From: a virus
Taxonomy: Duplodnaviria > Caudoviricetes
Reading direction: 5' to 3' (one strand)
DNA: 64,000 nt
Virus record (IMG/VR): IMGVR_UViG_3300005614_001084
Span: 32,001 to 96,000 of that record
The translations under genes were made by a program, and so were the position numbers. Positions 9,799 through 20,016 of the stretch are shown piece after piece (the stretch's first letter is position 1; each line of letters opens with the position of its first letter). Under the pieces are notes generated by a model, which had not been told where the DNA came from, searched no databases, and was given only the letters and a program-made list of their open reading frames with translations.

Positions 9799-10116
9799 AT
9801 GCCCAAGTTCAAGCCACTCCCGCCCGGGGCCGCGCAGCGGATGATCCAAGGAGTCCAAGACGAACTGACGCCGCTGGCCGAGGAAAGAATGGCGCGCATC
9901 AAGGCGATGAGCTGCCCGCGCTGCCACACCTCGATGGCGCCGCGCCTGCACTCGAAGCCGTTCAGCGAGCATGATCCGTTGCCCCGCACCCTGGCCGCGT
10001 GCCAGGAGTGCGGAGCAGAGATCGATCCGGTGTCCGGTATCGTCATCAACACCGGAGACCCGCGGAAGGTGCCGGACCCCGAGATGTTCGTGAAGCGACA
10101 CGACGATGACGACTAG
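9799..10116 (+). CDS. Small zinc-ribbon protein
   Basis: CPRC...CQEC. Confidence 0.65.
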   Translation: MPKFKPLPPGAAQRMIQGVQDELTPLAEERMARIKAMSCPRCHTSMAPRLHSKPFSEHDPLPRTLAACQECGAEIDPVSGIVINTGDPRKVPDPEMFVKRHDDDD

Positions 10117-13100
10117 CGGATACCGCCGGTCGAGATCCGCTTGAGGGTGATGGCGTCCGGGATGTAGCGCTGCGTACGCACCGTCTGCACGTAGTCCTTG
10201 ACGATCTGAGCGCTGATGCTTCGATCTACGTCGTGGTGCACCACGACGAAGAACGGAGCGGTTCGTCCGTTCGGAACCGAAGCGTCGGGGGTGAACACCG
10301 ACGTCGCGCCGTTCTTGCGCAGCACATCGGTCAGATCAGACACTTCGAGCTGCGTGTTGGGCTCCACCGCATCGAGGGTGCTGTTCATCGCCGACTTCAT
10401 TTCCGACTCTGCCGCGCCGCCCGCGTAGCTCCACACCATCGAAACGTAGTGCGGCATGAGATGGCGCACCAAGATCTCTTCGCACAACACACGCTGGAAC
10501 TGCGAATCGGAGAAGCTCTGCACGTCGTCGGTGAGCTGACTTCGATCATACGTCACCTGCAAGTTCTGCTGACTGAGCTGAACGGCCTGCGACGGATCGT
10601 CCGGGCTGCCGACGAGGATGATGCTCCGACTGAGCTGTGCGTTCAGGACCTCGGCTCGGCTGAAGGTGAGGATGTTGTTCTCCACCATCAGTCGGTAGCC
10701 GTCGGAGCGAACGCCTGTGACGCGAAGCGAGTCCCCCGCGCTGATGTTGTAGATGTCTCCGGGGCCCATCGAGAGCATCTGCACGTCGAAGAAGTAGAGA
10801 CCGGAGGACTCCAGGTTCTGGTTCATCTCGGTCGGAGAGATCCGCTGGACGTAGCGCCGGATGCGATACGACGTATTCGCCTGAGTGACCGAGAACTGAC
10901 GATTCGTCATCGAGCTGAGCGTGAGCGCCGTCTCCGTCACCGTGACGATGATGTACGTCCCTTTGTCCGGGTGATCGCTGTTGAACGACGTCAGTCCGGC
11001 GAAGAACAACGGGTTGGAGCCGTGCGTGATGGCGGTCGAGCTGGGATCCAGCTCGATGCGACGGCTCGACTGAAGCTTGAGAGCACCGCTTCCGTCGAGT
11101 GACGCGACATCCTCGCCCACCTGCGCGTTGATGAAGTCGACCACGTTCTGACGCGGCATCGGGAACGGAAAGCTGATCGTGATGAACGGGTCTGTGTCGA
11201 GACGGAGGCGAAGCGTGTTGTTCAGCCCGGTGAACGCGATGTTGCCCGAGGGCGGAAGCGGAGAGGTGCCGATGATCGGGACGTACAAGACGTCCAGAAG
11301 ATCACCGCGCTGGATGTTGTACAGCAGGAAGTTCGCCGAAGGATCGGTGAGAAGACTCGGACCCGCCGTCGTCGTACCTGTGTTCGGAAGAGCGGTGGTC
11401 GGCGGAGGTGGACGCACCACACGCGTGTTCTCTGGATCGGGCCGGAAAGTCAGCTCTGCGGTCGTAGTGGAGTCGACGAACCGCGTCGTGCGGTAGTCGA
11501 ACTCCGCGCTCGTCGGCGCGAGGAAGTAGACCCTCGTCGAACCCACGGCCGGCTTTCCGATCCTCACCAGGACATTCACGTCCGGGTTGAACACCGTGCT
11601 GTTGTAGAGCTGCGCGGTACCGCTCGTGTCCTCAGGTCCCATCGGGCCGCTTCCACAGATCGCCGTATCGAAGAAGGCCGACGAGACGAACGGCCCAGCG
11701 ATCACCCGAGACTGGATGCCAGCGCTCGTGCCTTCGATGACCTCCACGAGATCGCCAGCCAGCACGTTGGAGTCGGTGAAGCTTTCGTTCACGCTTCGGA
11801 TGATCGCGTTCGAGTACCCTGGCAGCCAGGTGGAAAGACCAAGGGCGGAACCGCTGACGAACCGGACGTGAAGCGTCGACACGATGCCGACGTACTCCTT
11901 CCCGAGCTTCGTGATGACGCGGGCCTTGATGCCCATCAGATCCAGCGTGGGATCGGCATTCAGATCAGCCGCCACCTGCGCCGCGGTCTTGTTGAAGGGC
12001 GACACGCTGAAAGTGAAAGTCGCCGCGTTCAAGACTCCGAGCCAGATCGTATCCGGGTTGTAGGCCTCCCAGTGGATCGTGAGCCCGCCGACCGGGAAGC
12101 CCGTCACGCCGGTCGGAGTGCCGAAGCTGACGAGTCCCACGACCGCGATGTCCTCGAACGCGAAACCGGAGCCCTCGTTCTGGAACGAGTTGCTGAGCGC
12201 AAGGACGGGATCGCGGTACGGGATCGTGGTGCCGCTCGGGGCGCCCGTGCTGTCCAGCAGTTCCAGAGAGCTGACGCGAACCACCGGCGTCTGCACGGCC
12301 TCGGACCTACGGAAGATCCGATACGCCGCCACCGTGAGAGTGCGCGTAGGAGCAGCGGTGAGCTTCAGGCTGACCGCGCTGACCTCGTCGACCGTGAACT
12401 CTCCGCCGAACTCCCCGAAGATCTCCAGGATGTCTCCGTGCTGGATGTTTGCGTCGATGAAGTTCGTCGCACTCGCCGTGGTCACGACGACGTTGCCTGC
12501 CGCGGTTACGAGGTCATCGCCCTCGACCTTGATGTCCTTCGGGTCGGTCAGTTCGACGTCGATCTCATCGACCACGCGCCACGCCAACGAGCCCTGGGTG
12601 CCCGTCATCGTTGTATCGAGGCGCACCGTGACGTGGATGTTCGGAGACACGCCGGTGACTGACGTGATCTCCAAGATGCGGTAACTGCCGACGTCGACAC
12701 CTTCTTCGAGCACGAGGCTGTACGTCGGCTGTACATCCTCCGCGACGGCGACATCGTTGAGAATGACGAGATCGGTCGCCTGGGTCTGAGCGTTCTGTCC
12801 CTTGGACGACGGGTTCTGGTCGGTAAGGCTTTCGATCTGCGCCGTAGAGACGTCGGTCTCCCCTGCGATGTAGATGTCGGTCTTCCCGCCGATGTGAACT
12901 TCATCCTTTCGGATCTCCAGCGTCCCGTCGGCAGTATCGGGGAGGGTGATGCCACCCGGGATGTTCGAGATCGTGAGCCGGCGTTCGCGAAGCGCCCAGA
13001 CGACGGCGGTGGCCGGCGTGGTCACGGGCATCTCCAGATCGATCCTGATCTCCGTAGCGCTGATGACCTCCAGAACCTGCACGTCCTTGACGACGAGGGT

Positions 13101-14150
13101 GTTCGCGAGCCCTTCGCGGTAAGTCACCGTGACGAACCATCCCTCGGGTTCAGTGGAGGCGGCCCCGAGACGGGAGATGAAGCTGCCGGTCGGTGCGCTG
13201 AGGATCGGAGTGGTCAAGTCTCCGTCCAGATCGTCCTCGGCGGTACCGTCTCCGAAGAGATTGCCGTCGGTGTCGGGGTCCGGGATCGGGCCGAGGCTTC
13301 CGCCCTTGATGACATCGCGCGACATCTCAGGATCGCGGAACCCGATCGAAAAGAGGGTCTTGATGTCGGGGAACGCCTCGGTCAGCGTGGTGGTGATACC
13401 TCGCTCGATCGTGAGGGTCTTGTCGCTGAGACTGGAGTCGGCTCTGGCGGCGGCATCGAGGCTGTCCTCGCGCGTGACGCCACCGCGGAACCGCCGCGCG
13501 TTTTTGACGCGCGTAGCCGTGGGCAGGTTGGCGACCGACGTGATCGTCGCCGGATCGATGTTGTACTGGTCTCCGCGCTGCTCCGCCGTGTAGTTGACGT
13601 CGAAGTAGAACTCCGATCCCTCGCGGTTCAGCAGCATCTCGTCGGACGTGATCGCCTGGGGACGAGACGGCATGAAGCGGAGACCGCTCCGCGTCGTGGC
13701 GGGATTCGTCTGCGTCACGCTGAGCGTCTGCGGGGTCGAGAAGTAGATGCGAACGACGCCCACGGCGTATCCGCCGCTGAGGCGAGAGAAGAAGAAGTTG
13801 CCCAGCAGCGAGTCGACTTCATCGTCGGCGAGGCTGCTGATGTTCCGCAAAGAGCTGCGGAGCTTCACCAACTTGATCTCTCGAACGAGCGGCTCCACGA
13901 GCACGCGCATCGGGTCGATGACGGTGTCGGTCAGCTCGTCGGCCTCGGTGATGGCGAGGTTGGGGAAGGCCTGCCGTACGCGCTCGACGACGAACGTCGA
14001 GATATCATCGTCGAACGGATCGAGGCCGATGCGCTGAAGAATCGGCTGCACCAGCTCCTGATCCGCCCTCGATCCATCGCTCAGATCGATGGTCGGGTCG
14101 TACCGGGTGATGGCGTCCTGGAGAAAGACTTTCGTGTCGTTGTTCGACAT
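10113..14150 (-). CDS. Baseplate J/gp6-like wedge protein (1345 aa)
   Basis: N-terminal AVGVVRIYF, TAEQRGDQYNI and FRGGVTRE motifs of baseplate J-like proteins; synteny. Confidence 0.7.
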   Translation of the reverse strand: MSNNDTKVFLQDAITRYDPTIDLSDGSRADQELVQPILQRIGLDPFDDDISTFVVERVRQAFPNLAITEADELTDTVIDPMRVLVEPLVREIKLVKLRSSLRNISSLADDEVDSLLGNFFFSRLSGGYAVGVVRIYFSTPQTLSVTQTNPATTRSGLRFMPSRPQAITSDEMLLNREGSEFYFDVNYTAEQRGDQYNIDPATITSVANLPTATRVKNARRFRGGVTREDSLDAAARADSSLSDKTLTIERGITTTLTEAFPDIKTLFSIGFRDPEMSRDVIKGGSLGPIPDPDTDGNLFGDGTAEDDLDGDLTTPILSAPTGSFISRLGAASTEPEGWFVTVTYREGLANTLVVKDVQVLEVISATEIRIDLEMPVTTPATAVVWALRERRLTISNIPGGITLPDTADGTLEIRKDEVHIGGKTDIYIAGETDVSTAQIESLTDQNPSSKGQNAQTQATDLVILNDVAVAEDVQPTYSLVLEEGVDVGSYRILEITSVTGVSPNIHVTVRLDTTMTGTQGSLAWRVVDEIDVELTDPKDIKVEGDDLVTAAGNVVVTTASATNFIDANIQHGDILEIFGEFGGEFTVDEVSAVSLKLTAAPTRTLTVAAYRIFRRSEAVQTPVVRVSSLELLDSTGAPSGTTIPYRDPVLALSNSFQNEGSGFAFEDIAVVGLVSFGTPTGVTGFPVGGLTIHWEAYNPDTIWLGVLNAATFTFSVSPFNKTAAQVAADLNADPTLDLMGIKARVITKLGKEYVGIVSTLHVRFVSGSALGLSTWLPGYSNAIIRSVNESFTDSNVLAGDLVEVIEGTSAGIQSRVIAGPFVSSAFFDTAICGSGPMGPEDTSGTAQLYNSTVFNPDVNVLVRIGKPAVGSTRVYFLAPTSAEFDYRTTRFVDSTTTAELTFRPDPENTRVVRPPPPTTALPNTGTTTAGPSLLTDPSANFLLYNIQRGDLLDVLYVPIIGTSPLPPSGNIAFTGLNNTLRLRLDTDPFITISFPFPMPRQNVVDFINAQVGEDVASLDGSGALKLQSSRRIELDPSSTAITHGSNPLFFAGLTSFNSDHPDKGTYIIVTVTETALTLSSMTNRQFSVTQANTSYRIRRYVQRISPTEMNQNLESSGLYFFDVQMLSMGPGDIYNISAGDSLRVTGVRSDGYRLMVENNILTFSRAEVLNAQLSRSIILVGSPDDPSQAVQLSQQNLQVTYDRSQLTDDVQSFSDSQFQRVLCEEILVRHLMPHYVSMVWSYAGGAAESEMKSAMNSTLDAVEPNTQLEVSDLTDVLRKNGATSVFTPDASVPNGRTAPFFVVVHHDVDRSISAQIVKDYVQTVRTQRYIPDAITLKRISTGGIR

Positions 14151-14162
14151 GGTCGGATCCTA

Positions 14163-14804
14163 CTACGTCTGGAGCGTCGCTGCGCCGCGACGTCCGGTGT
14201 GGTTGGTGAGCACGATGGTGACGAAGGCCGAAGTCTGGGACGGATCGACGGTGAGATTCTGGATCTCCGCTGAGAGCAGACGCTCCGATGGCGGGATGTT
14301 GCGGTCCGACGTCTGAACGTTGATCAGATAGGCTCGGGCCGTGCTTACTGCGATGGCGATGTCGGCCGCGGTTTTGTCGGTGGCGTTCGAGCCCACCCGC
14401 TTCAACATCCCTCCCCCGCTCCGTGGGTGAAACCGGTTCGAGCCGGGCGTCCGCAGCAGGATGCGCAGAAAGGTCTGCATCAGACGCAAGATCCCGCTCA
14501 CCGACTTCGGCCGCGTACCGAAGGTGAACTCCACGAGGCTGCGCTCGGTCAGCGTGAGCCCACCAGACAGCACCGCAACGTCCGAGATGATGGCGTCCTG
14601 GATCGCTTCTGGCACCTGCGCGATCAGTTGGGTCGGGCTGTAGGTGACGAACTCGGGGGAGGCAAAGCCGTTCATCAGCACCTGTTCGATGCTACTGAAG
14701 TCCTGCCCGTCCACGATCAGACTGCGCGGCTTTACGCCGGGAGCGTTGCGGAAAGCGTTCACCTTCATCACGTCGAGAAGGCGAACGATCTGAATCCCAT
14801 CCAT
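14163..14804 (-). CDS. Baseplate gp25-like protein with N-terminal Ig/TIG-like domain
   Basis: LMQTFLRILLRTPGS...P..GGG gp25-like motif; immediately upstream of the J-like gene. Confidence 0.6.
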   Translation of the reverse strand: MDGIQIVRLLDVMKVNAFRNAPGVKPRSLIVDGQDFSSIEQVLMNGFASPEFVTYSPTQLIAQVPEAIQDAIISDVAVLSGGLTLTERSLVEFTFGTRPKSVSGILRLMQTFLRILLRTPGSNRFHPRSGGGMLKRVGSNATDKTAADIAIAVSTARAYLINVQTSDRNIPPSERLLSAEIQNLTVDPSQTSAFVTIVLTNHTGRRGAATLQT

Positions 14805-14806
14805 GG

Positions 14807-15154
14807 TCAGCCCTCGTCCTCGGTATCGGGCGCCGTGTTGGCGTCATTGTCGGGATCGTGAGGACGGAACTCGTCAGGCGAAGTTGCCTTCATCGCGGCG
14901 ATGTTGTCGTCCAGGTCCTGCTTGATCTTCGCGATACGGGCCAGCCGAGCCGGGTTCACCGGATCCACGTTCCCGGAACTGCTGCTGCCCTCCAAACGAT
15001 CGAGCTGCTGATCGATCAGCTCTTCGAGCCCGATGCTCGCATAGGTGTCGCGCACCTCTTGCGAGCGCAGCTCACCTACGGCATTGGCGATGATGCGGCG
15101 GAACTCACGCTGCTGCTCGCGCGTCGTGCTGGTAGTGGTAGGTCCGTCGGCCAC
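14807..15154 (-). CDS. Hypothetical protein
   Basis: ORF fills the gap within the structural operon. Confidence 0.6.
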   Translation of the reverse strand: MADGPTTTSTTREQQREFRRIIANAVGELRSQEVRDTYASIGLEELIDQQLDRLEGSSSSGNVDPVNPARLARIAKIKQDLDDNIAAMKATSPDEFRPHDPDNDANTAPDTEDEG

Positions 15155-15166
15155 GGCCCTAGACTA

Positions 15167-17752
15167 CTAGGGGTCGACGTCTTTGTCCCCCGGGTCGTAC
15201 GGATTGGGCTGGAACGAGACCGTTCGCCATTCCTGCACGATCTGCTGGCCTCGACCAAGCTTCGAAACCGGCACCACCTCGCGCGCCACATTCGCGCTCG
15301 TCCGAGTCAACCACGTGGCGTACGACACACCGTCGTCGTCCATGGTGAAGAAGGTCGCCACGTCTAGAGTAAGGAACAGATCAAGGGCTCGGTCGAAGCC
15401 CTGCTCCCGCATCGTACGCACCGCGTTGTCGATCGTCTGTTCACGAGGAACCAAGTAGTCGTTGCTTTCGTCCTGGTACGTGACCAAGGCGGCGAAGTAC
15501 GACGTGAGACCATTCTGAATGTCTCCGGTGTACTTCGCGCCACGGATCAGCCGACCAACGAGAGTGTCGAGCGCGGAGAACCCCGCGACGAAGGTGGAGT
15601 TGAGCCAGGTGTTTGACGCCTGCTGTAGCTCGACGTACGCCCCAGAGCGCGCGCTGCTGACCACGAAGGCCCAGCTTCCGGTTTCGTACGGGACTCCGCC
15701 GTCTGTGGTGATCTGCGACGAAGTCGCCGATACGACGTTCGTGTTGTAGATCAACGAGGTCGGGCTGGTAAGCGTGACGACGTCTCCGGCCTGCACGTTG
15801 CGAAGCAAAAAATCACCCGCACCTTGGATCTGAAGAATCGTGAGGCTTGGACGAGCCGGAGAAGCCGTTACCGCAAAGCCGAGGGCCGTAGCTCCAGCGC
15901 TTCCGACCAACGCTCCGACGCTGCTCGACGTCGTTGTACCGCGGGCGGTCAAGGTCAGGGGCCTCGTCGCCAACGTCACCACCAGCCCGCTATCTGCGAC
16001 CTGGAGGTTTCGGTCCACGGTGATCTTTGCGACATCAGCGCTCAGCACACGATAGAAGCCGCTGTTGTCGCGATTGCCTCCGCTCACCACCTGTACGCGC
16101 GTCCCAGCAGAGACAGCGCGGTAGTCGGGACCGATGTAGTAGATCAGCGTTCCGGCTGGAGGAGACGAAGCAAGTGAGAGCGTGTTGCCGCTGACCGCCG
16201 TGATCAGGTAGTCCGCGACGCCGGGTGACGTGGTGTGCAGGGCCATCCCGACCTTCACACCGAGAAGCTCGAAGTTCTTTGTAGGGCTCGTCACCGTCGA
16301 CGATCCGGTCGACGCAAGGTTCGTGTCGGCGTCGACCTTGTTCCAGATGATCGCTTCTTCGCCACCTACCGCCGTTCGCTGGCCCGTGAACGACGAAAGG
16401 ATCGTCTCCTGCACCTTGGCGGAAAGAAGCGGGGTCTGGGCAGCGATCGCCTGAATCACTTCTGCATGTGGCACTGGCTGGCCCGCAACTTCCGTACTTA
16501 CGACGTCAGTGATCGGAAACGCCCAGTCACGTCCTCCGATGCGCAACGAGGTATCGAAGAGCAGCCGAAGATGCGAGCTATCTCCTGGGTTCTTCGACTG
16601 GAAGACGAGCTGAGACGCCGCGGCGTCCCACGTCACCGCCATCGTCGCGGTGAGCGCCGCGTTCAGCGCAGCCGCCGCAGCAGTTCCGTTGGCGTACGCC
16701 GCCAGCGTAGCGGTAGTGGTGCCGCTGAAGTCGACGACGAAGGAAAGCTGATCTCCGGCGCTCGGTGCCACCCACGGAGACAGAACCTTGCTACGAAGCT
16801 CTGCCCGACTGCCCATCGTACGAGGAAGCGCGATGCTGAGCGGCGATCCGTTTGCGCTCAACGTCAGAGCAGCGCCAGGATCGTAGTTGTAGGGCCCGTT
16901 GATCGTGCCCACGATGCTGGCTTCGACGCTTGGCGAATCAACGAATGCGACCTGGTTGGAGTCGCCCGTGAGCGGCATCAGCACCAGCTCAGGATTCGTG
17001 AAGGTAGACGCCTTCGTGATGAGCGTCCGCATCGTCAGAAGATCGAGCATCGATACGCGGCTCTGACTGATGGCGTCCGACCCCTCCATCGTCGTCTTGA
17101 TGCTATTCAGCCGATCCGAGATACGACCCACGATGTCTCGGATCGACGACTCGGGAAGCTTCACCGCTTCGAGGGCGCCGAGCGCATCTGCGATGTTGGT
17201 CGCCAAGGACACGATCTGTGCATGACGAGCTACGGCTCGCGTCCAGGCTGCCGAGATGTTGGACTGGATCTCAGCTCCAGTGGGCGTGACGCTTCCGCCT
17301 ACCACCACGTTCTTCGTCAACTCCGACGTCACGAAGTTCGACACGCTGGCACGGAATCGATCTACCGACGGACCAAGACTTCCCCGAACGCCGCTCGTGC
17401 GGCTGTTCAGCCCAGCGTTGAGGTCGAGCAGGGCCGCCTGCGCGTTAGCAAGATCTGTGGTGCTGTTGACTTTCTTTGCCGGACGCGTGGAGTTCGGCGC
17501 TTGATCAACGATGGTAGTAAGATCGTTGACTTGCTGCTGGATCAGCCCGGCAAGCCTGTTCTTGGCCAGATAGATGACGTAGAAGTACGCCTCTGGCCGG
17601 AGAAGTAGCGATGTCGTGATCAGGTCATAGACGCCGGTCTTGAGCGCAAGGATGTCGCGCGCTCCGGTCTTCGTGACGGGAACGCTGACCGTGCTGAGCA
17701 GAAACTGCTCTACGGCAGCTTCCACCTCATCGGCGGTGAACGTGGTCGCCAT
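15167..17752 (-). CDS. Virion structural protein (about 860 aa)
   Basis: Long ORF, helical N-terminus and beta-rich Ser/Thr/Ala middle, within the baseplate cluster. Confidence 0.6.
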   Translation of the reverse strand: MATTFTADEVEAAVEQFLLSTVSVPVTKTGARDILALKTGVYDLITTSLLLRPEAYFYVIYLAKNRLAGLIQQQVNDLTTIVDQAPNSTRPAKKVNSTTDLANAQAALLDLNAGLNSRTSGVRGSLGPSVDRFRASVSNFVTSELTKNVVVGGSVTPTGAEIQSNISAAWTRAVARHAQIVSLATNIADALGALEAVKLPESSIRDIVGRISDRLNSIKTTMEGSDAISQSRVSMLDLLTMRTLITKASTFTNPELVLMPLTGDSNQVAFVDSPSVEASIVGTINGPYNYDPGAALTLSANGSPLSIALPRTMGSRAELRSKVLSPWVAPSAGDQLSFVVDFSGTTTATLAAYANGTAAAAALNAALTATMAVTWDAAASQLVFQSKNPGDSSHLRLLFDTSLRIGGRDWAFPITDVVSTEVAGQPVPHAEVIQAIAAQTPLLSAKVQETILSSFTGQRTAVGGEEAIIWNKVDADTNLASTGSSTVTSPTKNFELLGVKVGMALHTTSPGVADYLITAVSGNTLSLASSPPAGTLIYYIGPDYRAVSAGTRVQVVSGGNRDNSGFYRVLSADVAKITVDRNLQVADSGLVVTLATRPLTLTARGTTTSSSVGALVGSAGATALGFAVTASPARPSLTILQIQGAGDFLLRNVQAGDVVTLTSPTSLIYNTNVVSATSSQITTDGGVPYETGSWAFVVSSARSGAYVELQQASNTWLNSTFVAGFSALDTLVGRLIRGAKYTGDIQNGLTSYFAALVTYQDESNDYLVPREQTIDNAVRTMREQGFDRALDLFLTLDVATFFTMDDDGVSYATWLTRTSANVAREVVPVSKLGRGQQIVQEWRTVSFQPNPYDPGDKDVDP

Positions 17753-18114
17753 CACTCCTCCTTGATGTGGTTATTCATTCGCTGGATGTCGTCACGTTCG
17801 AGACCAGCGATGAGGCTGCGCACGCGAGCGGGCTCCAGGTTCAGAACCTCGCAGATGTACCGGAAGGTGTAGAGCCCGTCAGGATCTGTCTCTTCCTGAC
17901 CATCCCAGAACAACCAGCCCGCGGCCTCTTCGGCAAGGGCCGCCTTCTCTGGATCGCTCTTCTTCGTCTCTTCCTTGTAGAGGACGAAATCCCAGATCGC
18001 GCGGCGCAAGATCGCCACCAATAGCTTCTGGGCGGGAGGAGTTCGGCTCCTCTCGCCCGAGAAGTCAGCATCTAGCGAGATGCTAGGCGACCGTGATCGA
18101 AACGACCGCTCCAT
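17752..18114 (-). CDS. Small conserved hypothetical protein (start uncertain)
   Basis: KLLVAILRRAIWDF...EAAGWLF...TFRYICEVLNL pattern, recalled from small phage and bacterial proteins. Confidence 0.55.
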   Translation of the reverse strand: MERSFRSRSPSISLDADFSGERSRTPPAQKLLVAILRRAIWDFVLYKEETKKSDPEKAALAEEAAGWLFWDGQEETDPDGLYTFRYICEVLNLEPARVRSLIAGLERDDIQRMNNHIKEE

Positions 18115-19000
18115 CGATTCCGGGATCCGGGATGTAGACGATCGACGGGTCCTTGCGGGTGACCCGGAGATTCGTGCTTCCGCCAGTGAGTCCATTTAGT
18201 ACGATCGTGTTCTGTTGGATGAGTACGGTTGCGATGGTGGGATCGTCCACGGTGTAGAGTACGTCCTCCGAGGCCGTACCCACCAGCGTACGATAGTCAT
18301 TCGACTGGACCGAGGGCGTGACAGTGAGGATGCCGCCGAGCGGGACGTTGAGCGGTGGAGTCGGGCCGTAGGCGACTTTCACCACGATCGGGAACAGTAG
18401 GTGCATGATGTTGATGCTGGGACGGTCGGGAACGCTGACGATTCGCGTCACGTTCTCCTGGCTCTCGACCGTGGCCTCGTACATGCCATCTCGCCAAAGA
18501 TCGATCTCCACGTACCCATCTTGGTCGGTCTTGATGTTGCGGCGCTCCCCGAGTACTCCGATGTCGTCGACCACGAGCGGGTTGAAGCAGGGGATGAACG
18601 CCAGATCGATACCCCGGTGCGGACGACCATCGGGTCCCCAGATGTAACCGGAAGCACGACACAGGCGCGGATTCGTGGCGTCCGGCAACGTGAACAGGTG
18701 CGCGGTGATCGCGAAGTTGTTGGCGTGTGTGGGCGCGTCCGACGCCGGAGAGAACACCGTGATGTACTGCGGAGAACGGATCGACCCGCCCATCAGGTAG
18801 AAGCGGAGCTGATACGTCGTCGGCGTAGGCGTGCTGCCCGGCAGCGTGAACTGCACCTTGCCGGTGATGACGTCGCCGGTCGTACCGCTCGTGATGAGCG
18901 TCGTGCCAGTGGAGTCGTAGACGCGCACGACAACGTCGTCGACGAGCTGAGGAACGAGCTGGTCGTCCTTGACCGTGATCTCGACTGTCTCCATCGCCAT
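18083..19000 (-). CDS. Ig-like virion protein
   Basis: Beta-rich; C-terminal Big-2-like YTVDDPTIATV; shares a domain with 20017..20970. Confidence 0.6.
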   Translation of the reverse strand: MAMETVEITVKDDQLVPQLVDDVVVRVYDSTGTTLITSGTTGDVITGKVQFTLPGSTPTPTTYQLRFYLMGGSIRSPQYITVFSPASDAPTHANNFAITAHLFTLPDATNPRLCRASGYIWGPDGRPHRGIDLAFIPCFNPLVVDDIGVLGERRNIKTDQDGYVEIDLWRDGMYEATVESQENVTRIVSVPDRPSINIMHLLFPIVVKVAYGPTPPLNVPLGGILTVTPSVQSNDYRTLVGTASEDVLYTVDDPTIATVLIQQNTIVLNGLTGGSTNLRVTRKDPSIVYIPDPGIDGAVVSITVA

Positions 19001-19082
19001 GCACTGAAGCCTACACGAAAACGGACCACGAATCCTCTATAAGCCAGAGGAGGCGAGACGCCCCAAAACGAAGGAGGATCCC

Positions 19083-19733
19083 ATGAACCAGAAAGAAGAG
19101 ATCGCACACCTGAAGGCCGAGCTGCAAGAGATGCGCCTCAAGGCCGAGTCCTACGCCATCTTCGGTGATCTGATGAAGACGATGGCGATGCTGCCGCTGA
19201 CCGAGCAGGCCTCGGTCGGAGACACGGCGATCCGCGTCCATCTCGCTCTGATGCTGCACGGTATCCCCGACAGGTCGCGCGAGGGACAGCGCATCACGGC
19301 GGGGCTGATGTCGATGCTCGGCGAAGAGCGCGAGTCGCTGATCGCCAGCTTCCTGCACACCGACCGTCTGCGGACCAAGGACAACGGCGAGTGCACCTGC
19401 CCGCTGTGCGAGCACGAGACGATGGCCCACAACCTCGCCGATCGCGGCGGGCCGCCGCGCGCCAAGGCGCACTACGGCGCGACCATCCTCGCCGGCCCGC
19501 TCCCGCCCAGCGTCGTTCCTCACGAAGAGCGCATGCGCCGCACCACGGATCTGCTCGCCACGCTCATCGAGCAGATCTCTCCTCGGCGCGCTCGTGGAGG
19601 TTCGGCGGCCCGAAGCCCGCTTCTCATGGCGATCGCGTCGCTTCTCGACGCGACCGGCACGGTCCAGGTGCTCGATCTGTCGAACGACGACCTGCTCGAT
19701 CTGTCGAACGACGACGACAACCCGCTGTTCTGA
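19083..19733 (+). CDS. Hypothetical protein with acidic duplicated C-terminus
   Basis: GGAGG RBS; CxCxxC motif; ends LDLSNDD-LLDLSNDDD. Confidence 0.65.
   Translation: MNQKEEIAHLKAELQEMRLKAESYAIFGDLMKTMAMLPLTEQASVGDTAIRVHLALMLHGIPDRSREGQRITAGLMSMLGEERESLIASFLHTDRLRTKDNGECTCPLCEHETMAHNLADRGGPPRAKAHYGATILAGPLPPSVVPHEERMRRTTDLLATLIEQISPRRARGGSAARSPLLMAIASLLDATGTVQVLDLSNDDLLDLSNDDDNPLF
19669..19715 (+). repeat. 24-bp-period tandem duplication (23 bp identical)
   Basis: TGCTCGATCTGTCGAACGACGAC at 19669 and 19693. Confidence 0.9.
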
Positions 19734-19739
19734 TGATCT

Positions 19740-19767
19740 GGCCGGGGCTCCTTCGGGAGCCTCGGCC
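19740..19767 (+). terminator. Stem-loop between convergent genes (cUUCGg tetraloop)
   Basis: GGCCGGGGCTCC-TTCG-GGAGCCTCGGCC, 12 bp. Confidence 0.7.
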
Positions 19768-19779
19768 CATCATCTTTGC

Positions 19780-20007
19780 CTAGGTTGCCGCCTTCTGAAC
19801 GACGTTATCGACGAGCGTACGGCTGGTCTCGCCTCGGGCGTAGCTGGCACGAGGAGGCCGCTCGTCCTTCGCCGGCCCGGTCTTGTCGCCGCGCAGCAAC
19901 CCGAGGCTGCCCGCCAGCTCGTCGTGGTTGTCCTCGTCGAAAGCCTTGATGACCCGGTCGTAGAAGCCCTTGAACACGGTCTTGTCTGCTACGGAGATCT
20001 TCTTCAT
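19780..20007 (-). CDS. Hypothetical protein
   Basis: AGGAG RBS, 75 aa. Confidence 0.6.
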   Translation of the reverse strand: MKKISVADKTVFKGFYDRVIKAFDEDNHDELAGSLGLLRGDKTGPAKDERPPRASYARGETSRTLVDNVVQKAAT

Positions 20008-20016
20008 GGAGTGCTC

